Positions 1 through 13,617 of a stretch of DNA of 64,000 nt are shown one piece after another. The position numbers were made by a program, and so were the translations under genes. Location: contig NC_043003.1 in assembly GCF_006345805.1 (NCBI RefSeq), positions 112,654,001 through 112,718,000 of the forward strand, given 5' to 3'. The notes below the pieces were generated by a model that ran no database searches, was not told the origin of the DNA, and saw only the letters and a program-made list of their open reading frames with translations. Numbering within the stretch: the first letter of the stretch is position 1; the number at the start of each line of letters is the position of its first letter. The DNA is from Octopus sinensis. Lineage: Eukaryota.

Positions 1-577
1 GCGTTTATCCAGTATTTTGTGCCTAGTGACTACAACCGCGTGGTATATAATTGACAGATCATCTTCAGCTGACTGTGATGGTTGGAGTATTCTGCACACC
101 TGCGACAGCAGATATTCATAAATTCAAACCTACAGAGTGTATAGTGCTATCGAGAGCAGTTGCGGTTTTCTGATCGCCTCACATGACTACGTCTTTTGTG
201 GAAGTGCTGCATAGTCAACCATGGTCTTCATTTTCGAGTCACATATGGCAGAACTTTCATAGTGATAGCAGGTTATTTACACATTTGCAACAATAAAATA
301 CCGCCACTTCTATGTCTTCCAGATTTAGCGTCGGCAGGAACAGTGGTGATTCTCTGCTCACCGTCATCGATGCATCATATGTTGAGTCGCAATATGATTG
401 AATTCATTGATCATGAGAGGACGAACATGATCATTTTAAGCACCTATTTTCTTCTTTATTTCTTTCTCTGTTTCTGCTTTATTTATCTACGTACGTATGT
501 TTTTGGTGGTTGCTGGGTCCTTGTGCAATTAAACAGACGAGCAACATAAACAATCTACCTGAAATCTAATGTATCAT

Positions 578-879
578 CACCGTGACCACCGTGACCGACC
601 AGGCTATCAGATGTTGTTACACATCGCTGGTCACATTGCGCTTCGCATTGTTTTAGCCTTCAAATGACGCCACCCCGCTGGCTAAGCGAGCAGGCCAACA
701 GAAGAAAGAGTGAGAGAAAGAGTATAGCAGGGATCGCCACCATCACCCTCTGCCGGAACCTCGCGGAGCATTAGGCGTTTTCGCTCAATAAACACTCGCA
801 ACGCCCGATCTGGGAATCGAAACCGCGATCCTACAACCGCGAGTTCGCTTCCCTAACCACTGGGCCATTGTGCCTCCAC
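578..879 (-). mobile_element. tRNA-derived SINE (family C) with 12-bp TSD
   Basis: Minus-strand head GTGGAGGCACAATGGCCCAGTGG...GGTTTCGATTCCC has Pol III A/B boxes. Identical CTAATGTATCAT lies at 566-577 and 880-891. Confidence 0.85.
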
Positions 880-886
880 CTAATGT

Positions 887-922
<36 letters not shown>

Positions 923-3467
923 TTTCATGTAAGCGTGAAAATATTCTCAGAAAAATTTGAATAAAGAGAGAAAAATTTTGCAAGTTTTCTTTCTTAATAG
1001 CTGCTATATTTGGTCAGAGGCCTAAATGAAGTTTTCGTTTTTACGCTGCACATTGAAGGAGATGCTTCCCAGATGCCCAGAGCTTAACAATATTTTCACA
1101 ACTGAAGACAAGCGAAGAATTAATCGCCGTATTAAAATCCAACAAATCAATCGTCAGTTTCGTTAATACCACAGAGGCAAGTTTTATCCTACTTTTAAGT
1201 CGACGTATACATACATTGTTCTGTGTCCCATTTATTTAATTCTATACATATAATAATTATATATAGAGAGAATTAAGTGTGTTGGCCACAGACAATAAGA
1301 AAGAGTTTATGAATACTCTGAATGATAGCGATATAGTCCTTTGTGATTCTCTTTTATTTAATAAAACAACAGCATGAAACGCTAATAATAGATTATATGA
1401 TACGAACAACCGATCTCATAGTTGAACGAACTATTCACAAAATTAATTGTGAAGCGTAAATTTACAAACATCACATCGGGAACAGATTGATTGTGAAAGG
1501 TAAATTTATGAACATCACACCAGGAATAGATTAATGTTCTCTCGATATCAGCTTTTTTTTCCTTATTGCTTTAAATCCAAGAAATAGACATCGAAATCTT
1601 TAGCAACTGTCTGTAGATAAGTAAATCTATAGTCACAGGCTTTCGTATTCCCATTCCAAATTAAGAAATTTCATTGGCCTCAAATCAAAAATCTTTCGGA
1701 GCCTTTCCGTTACTGGGGAACATTAAATTATTTCACGAATCTTATTCCAACAGACACCGACTGAAATATTGAGTTTCCTGGTGCTTGTAACCTACGAGAG
1801 TAAATGGACCAATATATCATAAGTTTAGTAGAAGATTCCTTTGGAAAAAACAAACATTGACAGTTGAATATTGATTAAACAGATTTGGCATGTAAAATTA
1901 AACAAAAGTTAATGATTGTCAAGCATAACTGTGTTATATTGTCTGTTAAAAGGACCTCCTAAATGACTCAACTCATTATAGAACTCGAACACCGTAAGAA
2001 GCAACACACTATATTGCGCTGTGGCATTAGCCCAATAAACGTAGGTACAAAGTAAAAATAATCTAATTCTAATATTTATGATTTATAACATGTTAGATAA
2101 TCCCCTAATAAGAACTTAAAAGCACTCGTATAAACGATTTATATGTGAAACAGGTAGGAGAAGGTACGGCGGTATGGATACGCAGTTTGTTGCGTAAGCA
2201 CATAGTTTCGGATTCCATCCCATAATGTATTACATTCGACAACATATATTCTGTAGCTACGGACTGAGCAGAGCCTTATGAATAGACTTGGTAAACGAGA
2301 ACTGAATGAAAGCCTTTTGCGTCTGTGTATGTGCATGTGTACATGAGTCTGTGCGTGTGAGTGTGCGTGCGTCTGTGTGTGTGTGCGCGCGCGTCAGTGC
2401 ATGAATATTGAGATCCTGCGTCTTTGCATGAAACTAAGCAAAAAAATAGGAATGACATGCTTACATTCCTTGCAAATAATAAGTCCTGTAGCTCAGAGCT
2501 TTTGCAATCTTGGAGAATAAGAAAAAACCTCTTGAAAAGCAGGCAAGTGTTCGAGGCAGAGTGGTCCAATCTATTACAGCACAGAAAAACGAAATTAAGA
2601 CAAACTAACTTTGGTATTACTAATCTTAAATGTGTCGTACTGCCCCCCACTTCAGGTTGGTTGCTATTTCTAGCAGGTAAAATGATTACGTTGAAGGTAC
2701 ATCGCTGATCTGCGGTTGTTTTGTTAACTGAAGTCTCATTCAAAATGTATAGAGACAAATGTATAGAGACAAGTAGAGGCGTTCTGATTTTCATCATCTT
2801 TTTTTTCTTTTGTTAGATGTACTAAGTTTTCTAGTGTGTTCTTGATCTTTCAAGACGATCAGTGTTTATTATGAGAAAGATTTCACAACTATTTCTAGCA
2901 AAGCGAACGCAGCATTGAGATATTCTCTAATAAGTTATATTAGAAATTAAAGGTCAACTTCCAACTTTGTAATGTCAACATATAGCGTTAAGCACAGCCA
3001 TTAAATATCTGTTTCTAATTTTAACGTCTTGAAATCAATATCATCGCTTCAAGGACAACTGTGAACAGCTAGAATTAGTTGGAGGTAAAATACTGTTTCC
3101 CGTGTTTAGGTACGGCCTTTCAATCTTTTAGATCAATTTCACTTAAGGCCAGTTTTATTTTTTTATTTTTGGAAACACGAAGTACAGCACCATTCAAGCA
3201 CTGGAGATAATATAAGCGACAAATACAACTCACACGTTTTGTGGTCGAGTGTAAATGTTTGAAATTAACATATTATCGTGGAGGATGATGGAGTAGCACC
3301 ATCGTAAACAACCAGAACAAGGACTCCAACGATTTTGTTTCAGATATTTATGTTTTGATTTCAAATTCCGCCCACAGTCAACATTGCTTTCCAACCTTCT
3401 GAATATATTAAAAAAAAACAGATGTTAGTTTGCGCCTATTTTAGAAATCAGTATTTTTAAAAATCAG

Positions 3468-3740
3468 TGGGCGGTGATTTGGCGGAATTGGTTAGACGTA
3501 GAAAAAATGCTTTTGCACGATACATGGCAACGAGTTGATAGGTTCGTTAAAGTGCCGGGCACAATGCTTAGCGGTATTTCGTCCGTCTTTACTTTCTGAG
3601 TTCAAATTCTGCCGAGGTCGACTTTGCCTTTCAGCATTTCGAGATCAATGAAATAAGTACCAGTTGAGCATTAGCGTCAATGTAATCGACTTATCTCCTA
3701 CCCCGGAATTGTTGGCTTTGATACAAAATTTGAAACCGAT
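3468..3740 (+). mobile_element. tRNA-derived SINE (family A)
   Basis: Contains the central GAGTTCAAATTCTGCCGAGGTCGACTTTGCCTTTCA...AATAAGTACCAG block, which recurs more than 15 times in the window. Confidence 0.8.
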
Positions 3741-6700
3741 ATTTTGGTGCGATACATTATTCTTTGATTTCACCCTGCTGCATGGCCGTCGCTAAGGGGG
3801 TGGTTGATGGGCACCGGGCGGCACTACACCCTCACTATTCAATGGTGTGTCCTCAGACTTAGAAAATACAGTTTACGAATCTTATACCCGCATTACGAAT
3901 TAGTGACTACCCAGAATACTCTGAAACACCCCAGGCACAAAAGTCTGGCGAAGAGCCTGCCCTTTTGGGGTCAAATTTGTTTTTCTTCCTTCTGAGATCA
4001 ATAAAATAAATCACAAGCAATAACTGGGAGGGACCTCAATCGACCGTACTTCTTCCCCAAGTTTTAGACTTTGTACTTATGTTAACTAATAATGTTTTTT
4101 CATCGATGGGAGCACGTGAAATTGCATATATAGACCGTTGTTGCCCTATTAATTGCTTTACTATATTTAGCTTCGAACATGTATGTTCTCATTTTAAATG
4201 CCACATAGGTTAATTTTTAATACCCAACGGGGTTAAAAACAATTAACCGGTTTGCTATTTAACCTCATATGGGAAGGTCGATATTTCTTTTCTTCCTGCT
4301 GTGATCGATTAAATAAGTGCAAGCACAAATTGAATATGAGAGGCAATAATATTCTTCATATCTTCTGAAATAATATAGACTTCTGCCTAAGTTGAAAATC
4401 AATATAATTTTTATTATCAAGACCCAGTCTGATGAACTGTTGTAGTTGTTACGGTTATAAATGTTGTTCATATTATTGCTGCTGCTTCTTCTTTTGTTTA
4501 ACCCTAGGTCAGGTACGACTAAACAGCGCTTAAATCAAAAACATTACAGCCGTTGCCATCCAGTCGCCTTTATGTTTCTTTCATACATAGTGCACATATA
4601 ACAACATTATCCAACTCTTTTTTCTTCCCTCTAGACAAGACGATCAAATAGAAACAGCATGTAGAGACAAACTGAAAGCGATATAACAGGATACTATTTG
4701 TCCACATCCATTTGTTTGATTTTGATTTTTTAATGGGTTTATCTTTACCATATTCCTGTTGCGTTTTTTTTTTTTCTACATTGAATATTTGTTTTTTATG
4801 TCGTTCTGTTTTGTTTTATGTAATGTTTTTTTATAGAGCGAATGGGATTCTCTTTGCAGTTTAACGTAAAAGACAGTTTAAACATGTTTTTATTCGCTAT
4901 CTGAGATACAAATAACATATTGCTCCCAAATTCCCAGACATTGTTTCCATTTCTACCACTTTCAAATTAATGGAATCTGACAACCCTTTCCCTTTATCTG
5001 TTTACCTCTTTATCCCTTTCACTCTTACTCTCTCTCTCTCTCTCTCTGTCACTCTCTCTCCCTCAATTTCCTTCTCTATCCCTCTGTCTTTTTCTCTCTC
5101 TGGCTATCCCTCTTCCAATATATCTGTCTATTTATTTATCTAACTTTCAGCCTACCTCTCTATTTCACTATCTATCTATAAGTTTATCTATTTGTCTATT
5201 TATCCATCTATCTATCTAACTTTCAACTTACCTCTATTTCACTATCTATTTACCTATCTATCTATCTATAACACGGCATTTTACGCTGTTTCCAATCCCC
5301 AACTCATCCATGAAGCGTGAACGAATATATGCATTCCTTTATGAAATTCGTGTTCACAAATTCAAGCACACACACAAAGACACATACACATCCGGTAAGA
5401 TACGCATCATGTATGTAGATAGCTAGATAGATAGATATATAGATAGATAGATAGTGTATGTTTGTGTGGGCGCGCGTGTGTGTGTGTGTGTAATTTGAGA
5501 AAATTTAACAATGAGAAATAACTCAGAGTGGTCAGTGACATTTATGTGAAGAGCATAGACAATAACATAGGTATCAAATGGTACATAACATAAAGAGATT
5601 GTTTTTCAAAGTTAACTCCGTCACTAGAGGATGTGTCACCTTTACTAAATGACAAGTGAGACCAGGTCCATATGACGAGAGGAGATTATCTCGAGAATCA
5701 ATAATTCTTCCAGCGTTGGCATACCATTAAGGGAAAGAAAAGACATTTTCTGTAGATAATAGAAGCCGTTGACATCTGTTTCTGCCTGAATAATCGTCAG
5801 CAGCACGATCATTGTCTATTTTATCTCCAGTAATAAATGGACATAGATATATACAAGCAAGAGTAGAACACATCTACGACCTAGTTAATTCACATAGCCG
5901 AATGTGCGCGCGCATGTTTATGTATGTAAATTCAAACAGGCTTGTAGATCGATGCCATTCTTTGTATTTAAGCTTTTGATTCCAATTCTAAAATCCAAAT
6001 CCATGTAACTAAACTAAATTACATATTACATGCATGCTCCGCTTTCTCCCATAACCATGAAATATTTAGAATAAAATTGAGTTTATTTTCATTAAATTAT
6101 ATGTTATTCATGTATTACATGTTCCGCATTTGTGCATAAAAAGTTATATGTTCTTGTAAATGAAGAGCAGAGCTAAACGTAATCTGCGCTATTGAGGATC
6201 ATTAAAACATAACTTAAAGAGACAGACTTCACTGTTTAAGGAAAACAATGGTGATAAACATTGCCAAATGGCCTTACATTTTAAATTCTTGCTGTCGCAT
6301 CCTGCAAGAATTTAATGACCTTAGATAAACTTACACAATGTGACGTTACATATTGTAAAAAGAAGTTATTAAATTGAGATAAATTTAAATTAATTAAGAT
6401 ATTTTGTTATTCAAATATTCTTAAATAGGTTTAATTAATAAACTTTAAGCACGTGTACAAAGGCACGCTCTCATTAATTCTGGGGCAGAACAATTTATCT
6501 TTTACTCAAGTTCCATAACTCGTTACAGGACCTGAGGGGTTAGTGGGAGAGAAGAAGGCGGGTAACTTCAAACTAGGAACTTGACCCCCAATGCAAGTAA
6601 CAAAGTGGAATCTGCTAAGGGTTGTCAAAGAGCTAAGTACTGATATTAAACCGGCTGACAGGTCAATTCTAGCACTAAAGTAGGTTGTAGTCGGGTTTGA

Positions 6701-6959
6701 ACACAACGAGCCAAACAAACACCGCAAAGTATCTAATTCCATCAGTCAACTACCAATTTGGATTGGTACATTTTATCGATTCCGAAAAGATTAAAAGCAA
6801 AGTTGACTTTAGTGGCTCTTGAGCCCCGAGCGCAGACTATCGGAAGAATACCACATAACATTCTGGCCAACGCTCTAAACACTCATCCATTTTGCTGCCT
6901 GAGGCTACCTGGGGATAAAGGGTCCAAGCTGTAATTACTTCTTAGCGCATCCGTTACTT

Positions 6960-7390
6960 TTCAAAGAATGTACGTAATGTCGTTTGCGTTTCCCTTATGA
7001 AGAAGTTCACTGTAGCAAAACCTCATGTCTCGAATTCCTCTCGTTGCCTTACTGCTGCGCTCATTATTAGGCCTATTTTTAGTAAACTGTCGAATAATTT
7101 CTATAATCTTGGTATTTCTACCACATAGGAATTCAAAATTACTAATTCTTTCTTGTGTTACTATTTCTAAAGTAGAATATTCAGCCTCATTTTGGATACG
7201 TTGCAACTCTTCAGCAGATGAAATCCCACCATAGGTTTCTATTAATCCCTCCATTTTGCTTTCTCCCGTCGTTGGCCACCTAAAGTTACTATTGGTATCA
7301 TTTTTTCGTCCAATTACTCTAAATTATTACATGCTTCTGACCATAACTTGTAAATACTATTCATGATGTCTTTGTTTACTTCGTCCTAGA
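6960..7390 (-). pseudogene. R4/Dong-like non-LTR retrotransposon, decayed ORF N-terminal region
   Basis: Broken translation ...VNKDIMNS...GGQRR...GGISSAEELQRIQNE resembles from memory the N-terminal NKxIMxxYY...QRLxDQxRxI...WLSxxELxxI motif of R4/Rex6-like ORFs. Confidence 0.45.
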
Positions 7391-7437
7391 CTGCTTTGAT
7401 ATTTTCGATTTCCTTCATCATAAAGCTCTCATTGGCT

Positions 7438-7515
7438 GTAGTAGTAGTAGTAGTATAGTAGTAGTAGTAGTAGTAGTAGTAGTAGAGGTGGTGGTGGTGG
7501 TGGTATTAGTAGTAG
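7438..7515. repeat. (TAG)n/(TGG)n microsatellite
   Basis: Direct reading. Confidence 0.95.
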
Positions 7516-7829
7516 TAAATTTGTGTGAGTGAAGGATTTCATGAGAGAGAAGTCTGTCATAGAGAAAAGAGGAGGGTGAAAAGAAACAGGAGTACATAGA
7601 AAATTTCGGAGAGTTATGGCGATGAATGAGTGCTGGACGAAAATAGTCTGAGAGATCATTGGTACAGGTGTTAGTGTTGGGGTTGCTATCGTTGTTTAAC
7701 TGCAGGTTAACAGTGATCGACTAAACTTGTGATCGAAGTCATTCCATCGGGGCCTAGCCTGTATTTCAGAGATATCCGGGAAAACATTACCCAATGGAAA
7801 TTTATTATGATTATAGATTGTGATTCAGA

Positions 7830-8345
7830 GAAGATTGACTACTATTTCTACTATGTCGTGTGACCGTGCAGAGGTTGCCTCGTTGATTCGATACTGAGAG
7901 GTTAAACATAGAGAGGAGGGAGACTTGCAAATGCTAAGTTTAAACTTGCAAATGTAGACTTGCAAATGTTCCTGAAGTCTTTTATTGCGAGTTTCAGCGT
8001 TTGAGACAATTTTACAGATTGTTCTTGCTAGATTAAAGGAGATACTAGTCTTCGTGTGTTTGGGATGGCACGAGGAGATCAGTAAATATTGTTTAGAATC
8101 CGTTTGTTTGTAGTGAATATATGATTCAATGATTTTATCACTTTTTATGATAACTATATCCTGCGATGATAGTTGAGTTTTACTGTATTCCATGGTAAAC
8201 TTAATATTATTGTGTATGCTGTTGATTAGATTTTTGAAATCTATAAGTTGTTCAGACGTGTAAGTCCATAGAATTAGGCAGTGATCTAAAAAGTTTCCAG
8301 GTTTCTCGTAGATACTTGTGGGAGTTCAAGCCATATATTAATTTA
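7830..8345 (-). pseudogene. Penelope-like element reverse transcriptase fragment (palm end and thumb)
   Basis: Translation FLDHCLILWTYTSEQLIDFKNLINSIHNNIKFTMEYS...YIHYKQTDSKQYLLISSCHPKHTKTSISFNLARTICKIVS matches the PLE YxDD...NxxHPxIKFTxE...KPT..YL..SHHP signature. Confidence 0.85.
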
Positions 8346-8446
8346 GATTGTGATCTAGTTATATGTTTTATAATATATTTTCTTTTTTCTTTGTGATTTG
8401 GTTTATGTCTATCATTGCTTGAATTACATAATAGTGGTTTTCTCTA

Positions 8447-8488
<42 letters not shown>

Positions 8489-8734
8489 GAAACAGTTGAG
8501 AAAAGTGTCACGCGACCGCGTGGTTTCCGCCTCACTTCCCCTGTATGGCATATTGGGCAAAAATCTTTCAATATATTCCCCGACTGAGTAATGCCTTATC
8601 GGTCTTTAAGACTTGATTATGGGCAATTCTTCAGATACGTACTATATGCTGAAAGAGTCGTGTGAAACCAGTCTTTTCTAAGCTAATTATATTGCATGTT
8701 TTTTTTGTTCCATCTCGAGCCATGTCTCACTCAT

Positions 8735-9003
8735 AAAGGCCGCTTTTCCGGTTTCTTTAGCGTATAGGTCCTCCACCTGGACGGGACCCCGATCTGTCGC
8801 AGGTGAGCTGCAAGATACTGGAGGAAAGAGTGAGAGAAGGTTGTGGCGAAAGAGTCAGCAGAAGTTCGCCATTAACTTCTGCCGGAGCCGTGTGGAGCTT
8901 AGATGTTTCGATCATAAACACACAGATCGCCTGGGCTGAGATTCGAACCCGCGATCCCTCGACCGGGAGTCCGCTGCTCTAACCACTAGTCTATGTTCCT
9001 CCG
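8735..9003 (-). mobile_element. tRNA-derived SINE related to family C
   Basis: Head GCGGAGGAACATAGACTAGTGGTTAGAGCAGCGGACTC...GGGTTCGAATCTC. The body shares TCTGCCGGAGCC...GGAGC.TTAG and GAAAGAGTGAGAGAA with 578-879. Confidence 0.7.
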
Positions 9004-9069
9004 CTAAGCTTATATTTGCAACATATTGAGCTTCAAATAGTTCTATATAATATTGCTCGCTATAAATGT

Positions 9070-9452
9070 TGGATTCAAATTTTGGTACAAGGCTAGCAAG
9101 TTCGAGACTACACTGATTACATCGACCCCAGTGCTGAACTAGTACTTATTTTATCGACCCTGGCGGAATTTGAATATGAAGACGGACGAAATGCCGTTAA
9201 GCGTACTAACGATTCTGCTAGCTCACCGCCTTTTAAATTGATATTAATATTGATTTCAAATCTTGGCAAAAGGCCAACAATTTCGATTACATATCAACTC
9301 GAATTTTCAACTGGTACTCATTTTATTGACCCCGGAAGGGATTAAAGGCAAAAGCTAACTCGAGAGAATTTGAAACCACATCGCAAAGGCGGACGAAATT
9401 CCGTGAAGCATTTTGCCTGGCGTGCTAAAGTCCCTGCCAGCTCGCCGCCTTA
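9070..9452 (-). mobile_element. Two tandem family A SINEs
   Basis: Reverse complement of the family A core occurs twice (TACTTATTTTATCGACCC...GGCGGAATTTGAA). Confidence 0.75.
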
Positions 9453-10079
9453 TGAAGCGCTATAAATTTAGGTTGGTTTTGGTGGTCACTTTCTCCATTA
9501 GGGCCTTACATCGTATAGGGGTAGAAAGAGAAATGGGTAAAAATTAAATGCGAAGAAACATCAGAGCAATAGAACAAACGTATTAGAAAAAATAAACTCC
9601 CAAATTACACCCTGCCGCCTTAAATATAGACGAACACAGACAGACAATGGTAACAAAAATTTTGTGATGGTCATATTTGGAATGCATTTGATCATAAATC
9701 TATTCGAGTGATGGTGAGCTGAGAGTAAAGAAGAACAACAACAATATCGGAATACTCGTCCACTTTCAAATAAATACTAAAAGCGTTTCAATTGGATTCT
9801 CTTTTATTTTGTCAAGACGTAAAAATATATTTGTTTATCATCTGAATAAAAATATTTCTATGTATGATTCTATATATGCTGTAGGTAATGTTTTTCATGT
9901 AGGTTTTATTTATCGCTATGGACTGTTCGTGTATTGAAAAATCTAGAGAGAAATGCTGTATATTATGTCCAAAAGTGTATCAAAGAAGTCGCATGTCGTA
10001 CGTGATTTACAATACATAATTTCAAAAGGAATTCTACTAACTGAGAATTCATATGATCCAACCTGCTAACACGTACCTG

Positions 10080-10183
10080 CCAATCTACATACATATGTGT
10101 GTGTGCATGTGTGTTTGTAAACACACACACATGCACACACACACACACACACACACACACAACACACACACACACACACACAC

Positions 10184-10221
<38 letters not shown>

Positions 10222-10478
10222 ATGGCAGCATATTTATTCAGTTTATGTTCGAGTATGTTTGTGTGAGAGGGCTCGAGAAAGAGAATTATGTGCATGATAC
10301 ATGTGTGTGTGTGTGTTTGTCTATATGTGTGTATCTGTGTGAGTGCGCATGCGAGTGAGAACCAATGGACGTGTACAATTGTATTTAATAATATCTATTG
10401 AAAACCTTCAGCAAAGAATAGCTATTGACAGCAAAATACGTCTGAGCGTATACGTGTTTGCATGTGTATGGTATGTAA

Positions 10479-10527
<49 letters not shown>

Positions 10528-10538
10528 ATATATATATA

Positions 10539-10597
<59 letters not shown>

Positions 10598-10618
10598 CAT
10601 ATATTATATATATATATA

Positions 10619-10662
<44 letters not shown>

Positions 10663-10715
10663 CATATATATATATAATATATATATATATATACATATAT
10701 ATATACATATATATG
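10080..10715. repeat. (CA)n and long interrupted (TA)n arrays
   Basis: Direct reading. Confidence 0.95.
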
Positions 10716-11976
10716 AATGTAATCATGACTGCGAGCTTAAGAAGTTCGATTCGCATTTATGAAAACACGTTTTCGATTACTCCTCGTGTCTTTTAGGGCA
10801 ACTGTAAAAGAATCTGCGCTTGATACAAGGTCTGTGAGTGAAATTCGGTAGATAGAAACTGTATGAAGCCCACTTCTAGTGGAAAGAAGCAAGGTTGTCA
10901 ACCTATATCACGTGTGTATGAAATTGTCAGCTACTAATTTAATAAGTAGGTAGTCTAGTTAGATGAATAACTGGATACTTGTCGTCGAAGCCAAGAAGGT
11001 GTTATTTCCACTTTTGCTTTTTACTCATAATCATATATCTGTGTTTGTGTGTGTGAATGTGTGTGTGTGTCTGCCTCCCTGCCTGTCTGTCTGCATGTGC
11101 GTGTGTGTGTGTGTGTGTGTCTGCGTATGGATAAGTAATAATCTGTGTGGATGTATACGAAACTGAAAAGGAGGATTAGTTGATTATGATTTTATTCAAC
11201 ATATTCCTCTCTCAGATTCAACATTTATTGTAGCAGTCCTACAATTTCACTAAGCCCTATAAAAAAAAATAAACACGGAAATTTGGGCCTCCAGCCAGTC
11301 CTCTCGCGACATCCTTAAAGTGAGGACCTTTTCAGCACCTCCTCTTATCTATATGCCTACATATACATATATATGCATATCTATGCTTTTTACAATATAA
11401 CATATTATATGAGATGATTTCTTAGGACGACTGCTACAGCTTACAACATTTATAACAACACATTAACTGGATGTGCATCTCAATATTCGTTACAAAATCT
11501 GCCTCTGTCGCTCATAGATAAGCTACACACACACACATGGAAAATTAGAAAAAGTAGAAAACAGATTTGCAGGGAAAACGAAAACAGAGCACCGGCCGTG
11601 CACAAGTCTAAAGCCCTCATTATTTGTTAACTGGAAATCACAGCGGTTTCGACATTTATGTATGAATGTACGAATGCAAACCTTAGGTTACTTAACATAT
11701 GTTTTACATATTTAATCTTATAAAGGTAAATTCACTGCAGTTACCACGGATAAAATATTCTCTCGTATGGTAAAAAGTGTAAAAACACAATATCTGCCTA
11801 CTATTGCCCTCTATCAGATTCCCAGAAGCAGCGTTTCTGGCTCCTTAGCATTCCTCAATGTGAAATGAAAGAGAGGTAACTCTCAGACTTAAAGCCGTAG
11901 TTTTAACTAAAATGCAGTCAACACCATTGACTGAGTTGCGCTATTAGACCACCAAGTTCGAAGAAAGCAGTATCAG

Positions 11977-12405
11977 TACTAAGGAGGAATCTTTTCGGTT
12001 TGAACGGCAGTTTTTAACATAATTTCTATGTAACTAAAACATTTTAAACTTCGTATACTGATAGAATGGGTTTATAAAACATATTTTTGTCTTGGCTTTA
12101 TTGAGAAAATTCTATAGTTTATAAGATATTTGTTGCTTTTTATTCAATTTCGGCAATTTCAACCAATCAATGACGTCCATTGAGGTAAAAAACATTCTGT
12201 GCCGTATAAATATGTCTCTCGTTTAAGAAACATATTGGGTTTATTTACATTTGTGAAGAAAAAAAGATACCCTTCCCCCAACCTCTAACCCTAAAACAGA
12301 TTGAAATGCAATAGATCGATACTAGGGTCATAATTATGGGTGACAATTTCATATGACACTGCAAGAACGAACTGCCGTTCAAACCGAAAAGATCCTTAAG
12401 GAGTA
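11977..12405. mobile_element. Non-autonomous TIR element (MITE), ~430 bp
   Basis: ATCTTTTCGGTTTGAACGGCAGTT (11989-12012) is the exact reverse complement of AACTGCCGTTCAAACCGAAAAGAT (12370-12393). AT-rich non-coding interior. Confidence 0.8.
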
Positions 12406-13437
12406 TCTTCTCTCTATATATAAACGGCAGTTTGTCTGTGCGTGCTTCTGTGTGTCTGTTTTCTCGTACCCTCACCCTGACCACGGCTTTCAACCGATTC
12501 TGATGAAACTTGACACACACATAGCCCAATGTCATAATTCAAAACTAACGCAGCGAAAATTTTGAAAAGTTCCCCCAGTTCTGAAAAAAATTGATAAATT
12601 CGACATGGGGTCGAGAATCATAAACATGAACCACAGACTGTCTAGGGGACGCAACTCGAGAATCTAAGCTTTTTTTATGCAACGCATTATCTATGGTAGT
12701 TTTCACAACTTGCAATCGATTTCACCAAACTCATGGTGAAGCTTAATGTTACCCTAAGAAACTAATTCTGACGTTAGTTTTCCATGCAATACCTTACCAT
12801 CAGAAACAATCGATAAAATCATGCCATTTTGGGAAATCGCGTTCAAATTCAAGATGACATATTTTCGACAATATCTTTCACAAATTGGCAGGAATCTTTT
12901 TTTTTTTCACAACGAGCATCATGTCTGCTCCAAGGAGCTATATAGCCCTTTTTATTCCAATAGGATACATTATTGGAAAAAATCGGTTAATTTAATCATA
13001 TGTGGCACACATAGCAAACAAATTTGTGTATTAAACACAAACCAGACTGTCTAGGGGACGCAACTTGACCTTTTTAGCTATCGATAATTCGATCCAACCA
13101 ATTCCTACCAGGAAGAAATTACATTCGAGACTTTACCCCCAACACCGCCACTTCTGCTAATAGCTGCTGCAGCCGCAAGTTATTCGAATACTTTTTTTGT
13201 TTAAACTTTCTTTATAACTACCACCCCAAACGTTTTACCTTCAATTTTTGACGTACCCTAACGGTCCTCGGACGCTACTTGCAAACTCTTGGTTTATTAG
13301 AAACCACTTTTGTCGTGTGCATCAAAAAACTTTTCCTTTCGTTTGTTCAGTTTGATCACTTTTGACGTTTTCGTTGTTGTCACTCATATTGCTGCCAGCT
13401 TTTTGGCCGTTTTTGTACATTTTTATACATTTTCGGA

Positions 13438-13617
13438 TACTTACCCCACGAGCTCCTTTTTATTACACCTTTACCAAACACATTGCTATCCACCAAAATA
13501 CTTACCCCACGTGTTCCTTTTTATTACACCTTTACCAAACACATTGCTATCCACCAAAATACTTACCCACGTTCCTTTTTATTACACCTTTGCCAAACAC
13601 ATTGCTATCCACCAAAA
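13438..13617 (+). repeat. Three tandem ~60-bp units immediately upstream of the Helitron start codon
   Basis: ACTTACCCCACG..CCTTTTTATTACACCTTTACCAAACACATTGCTATCCACCAAAAT occurs three times. Confidence 0.95.

Noticed and set aside
196-2797. ORFs 196-549, 2276-2797 and 2424-2708 as possible host exons
   Set aside because: No recognisable domain or convincing splice context; RNA-seq would be needed.
13438-13617. CRISPR-like array
   Set aside because: The units are contiguous tandem repeats without unique spacers, in a eukaryotic transposon.
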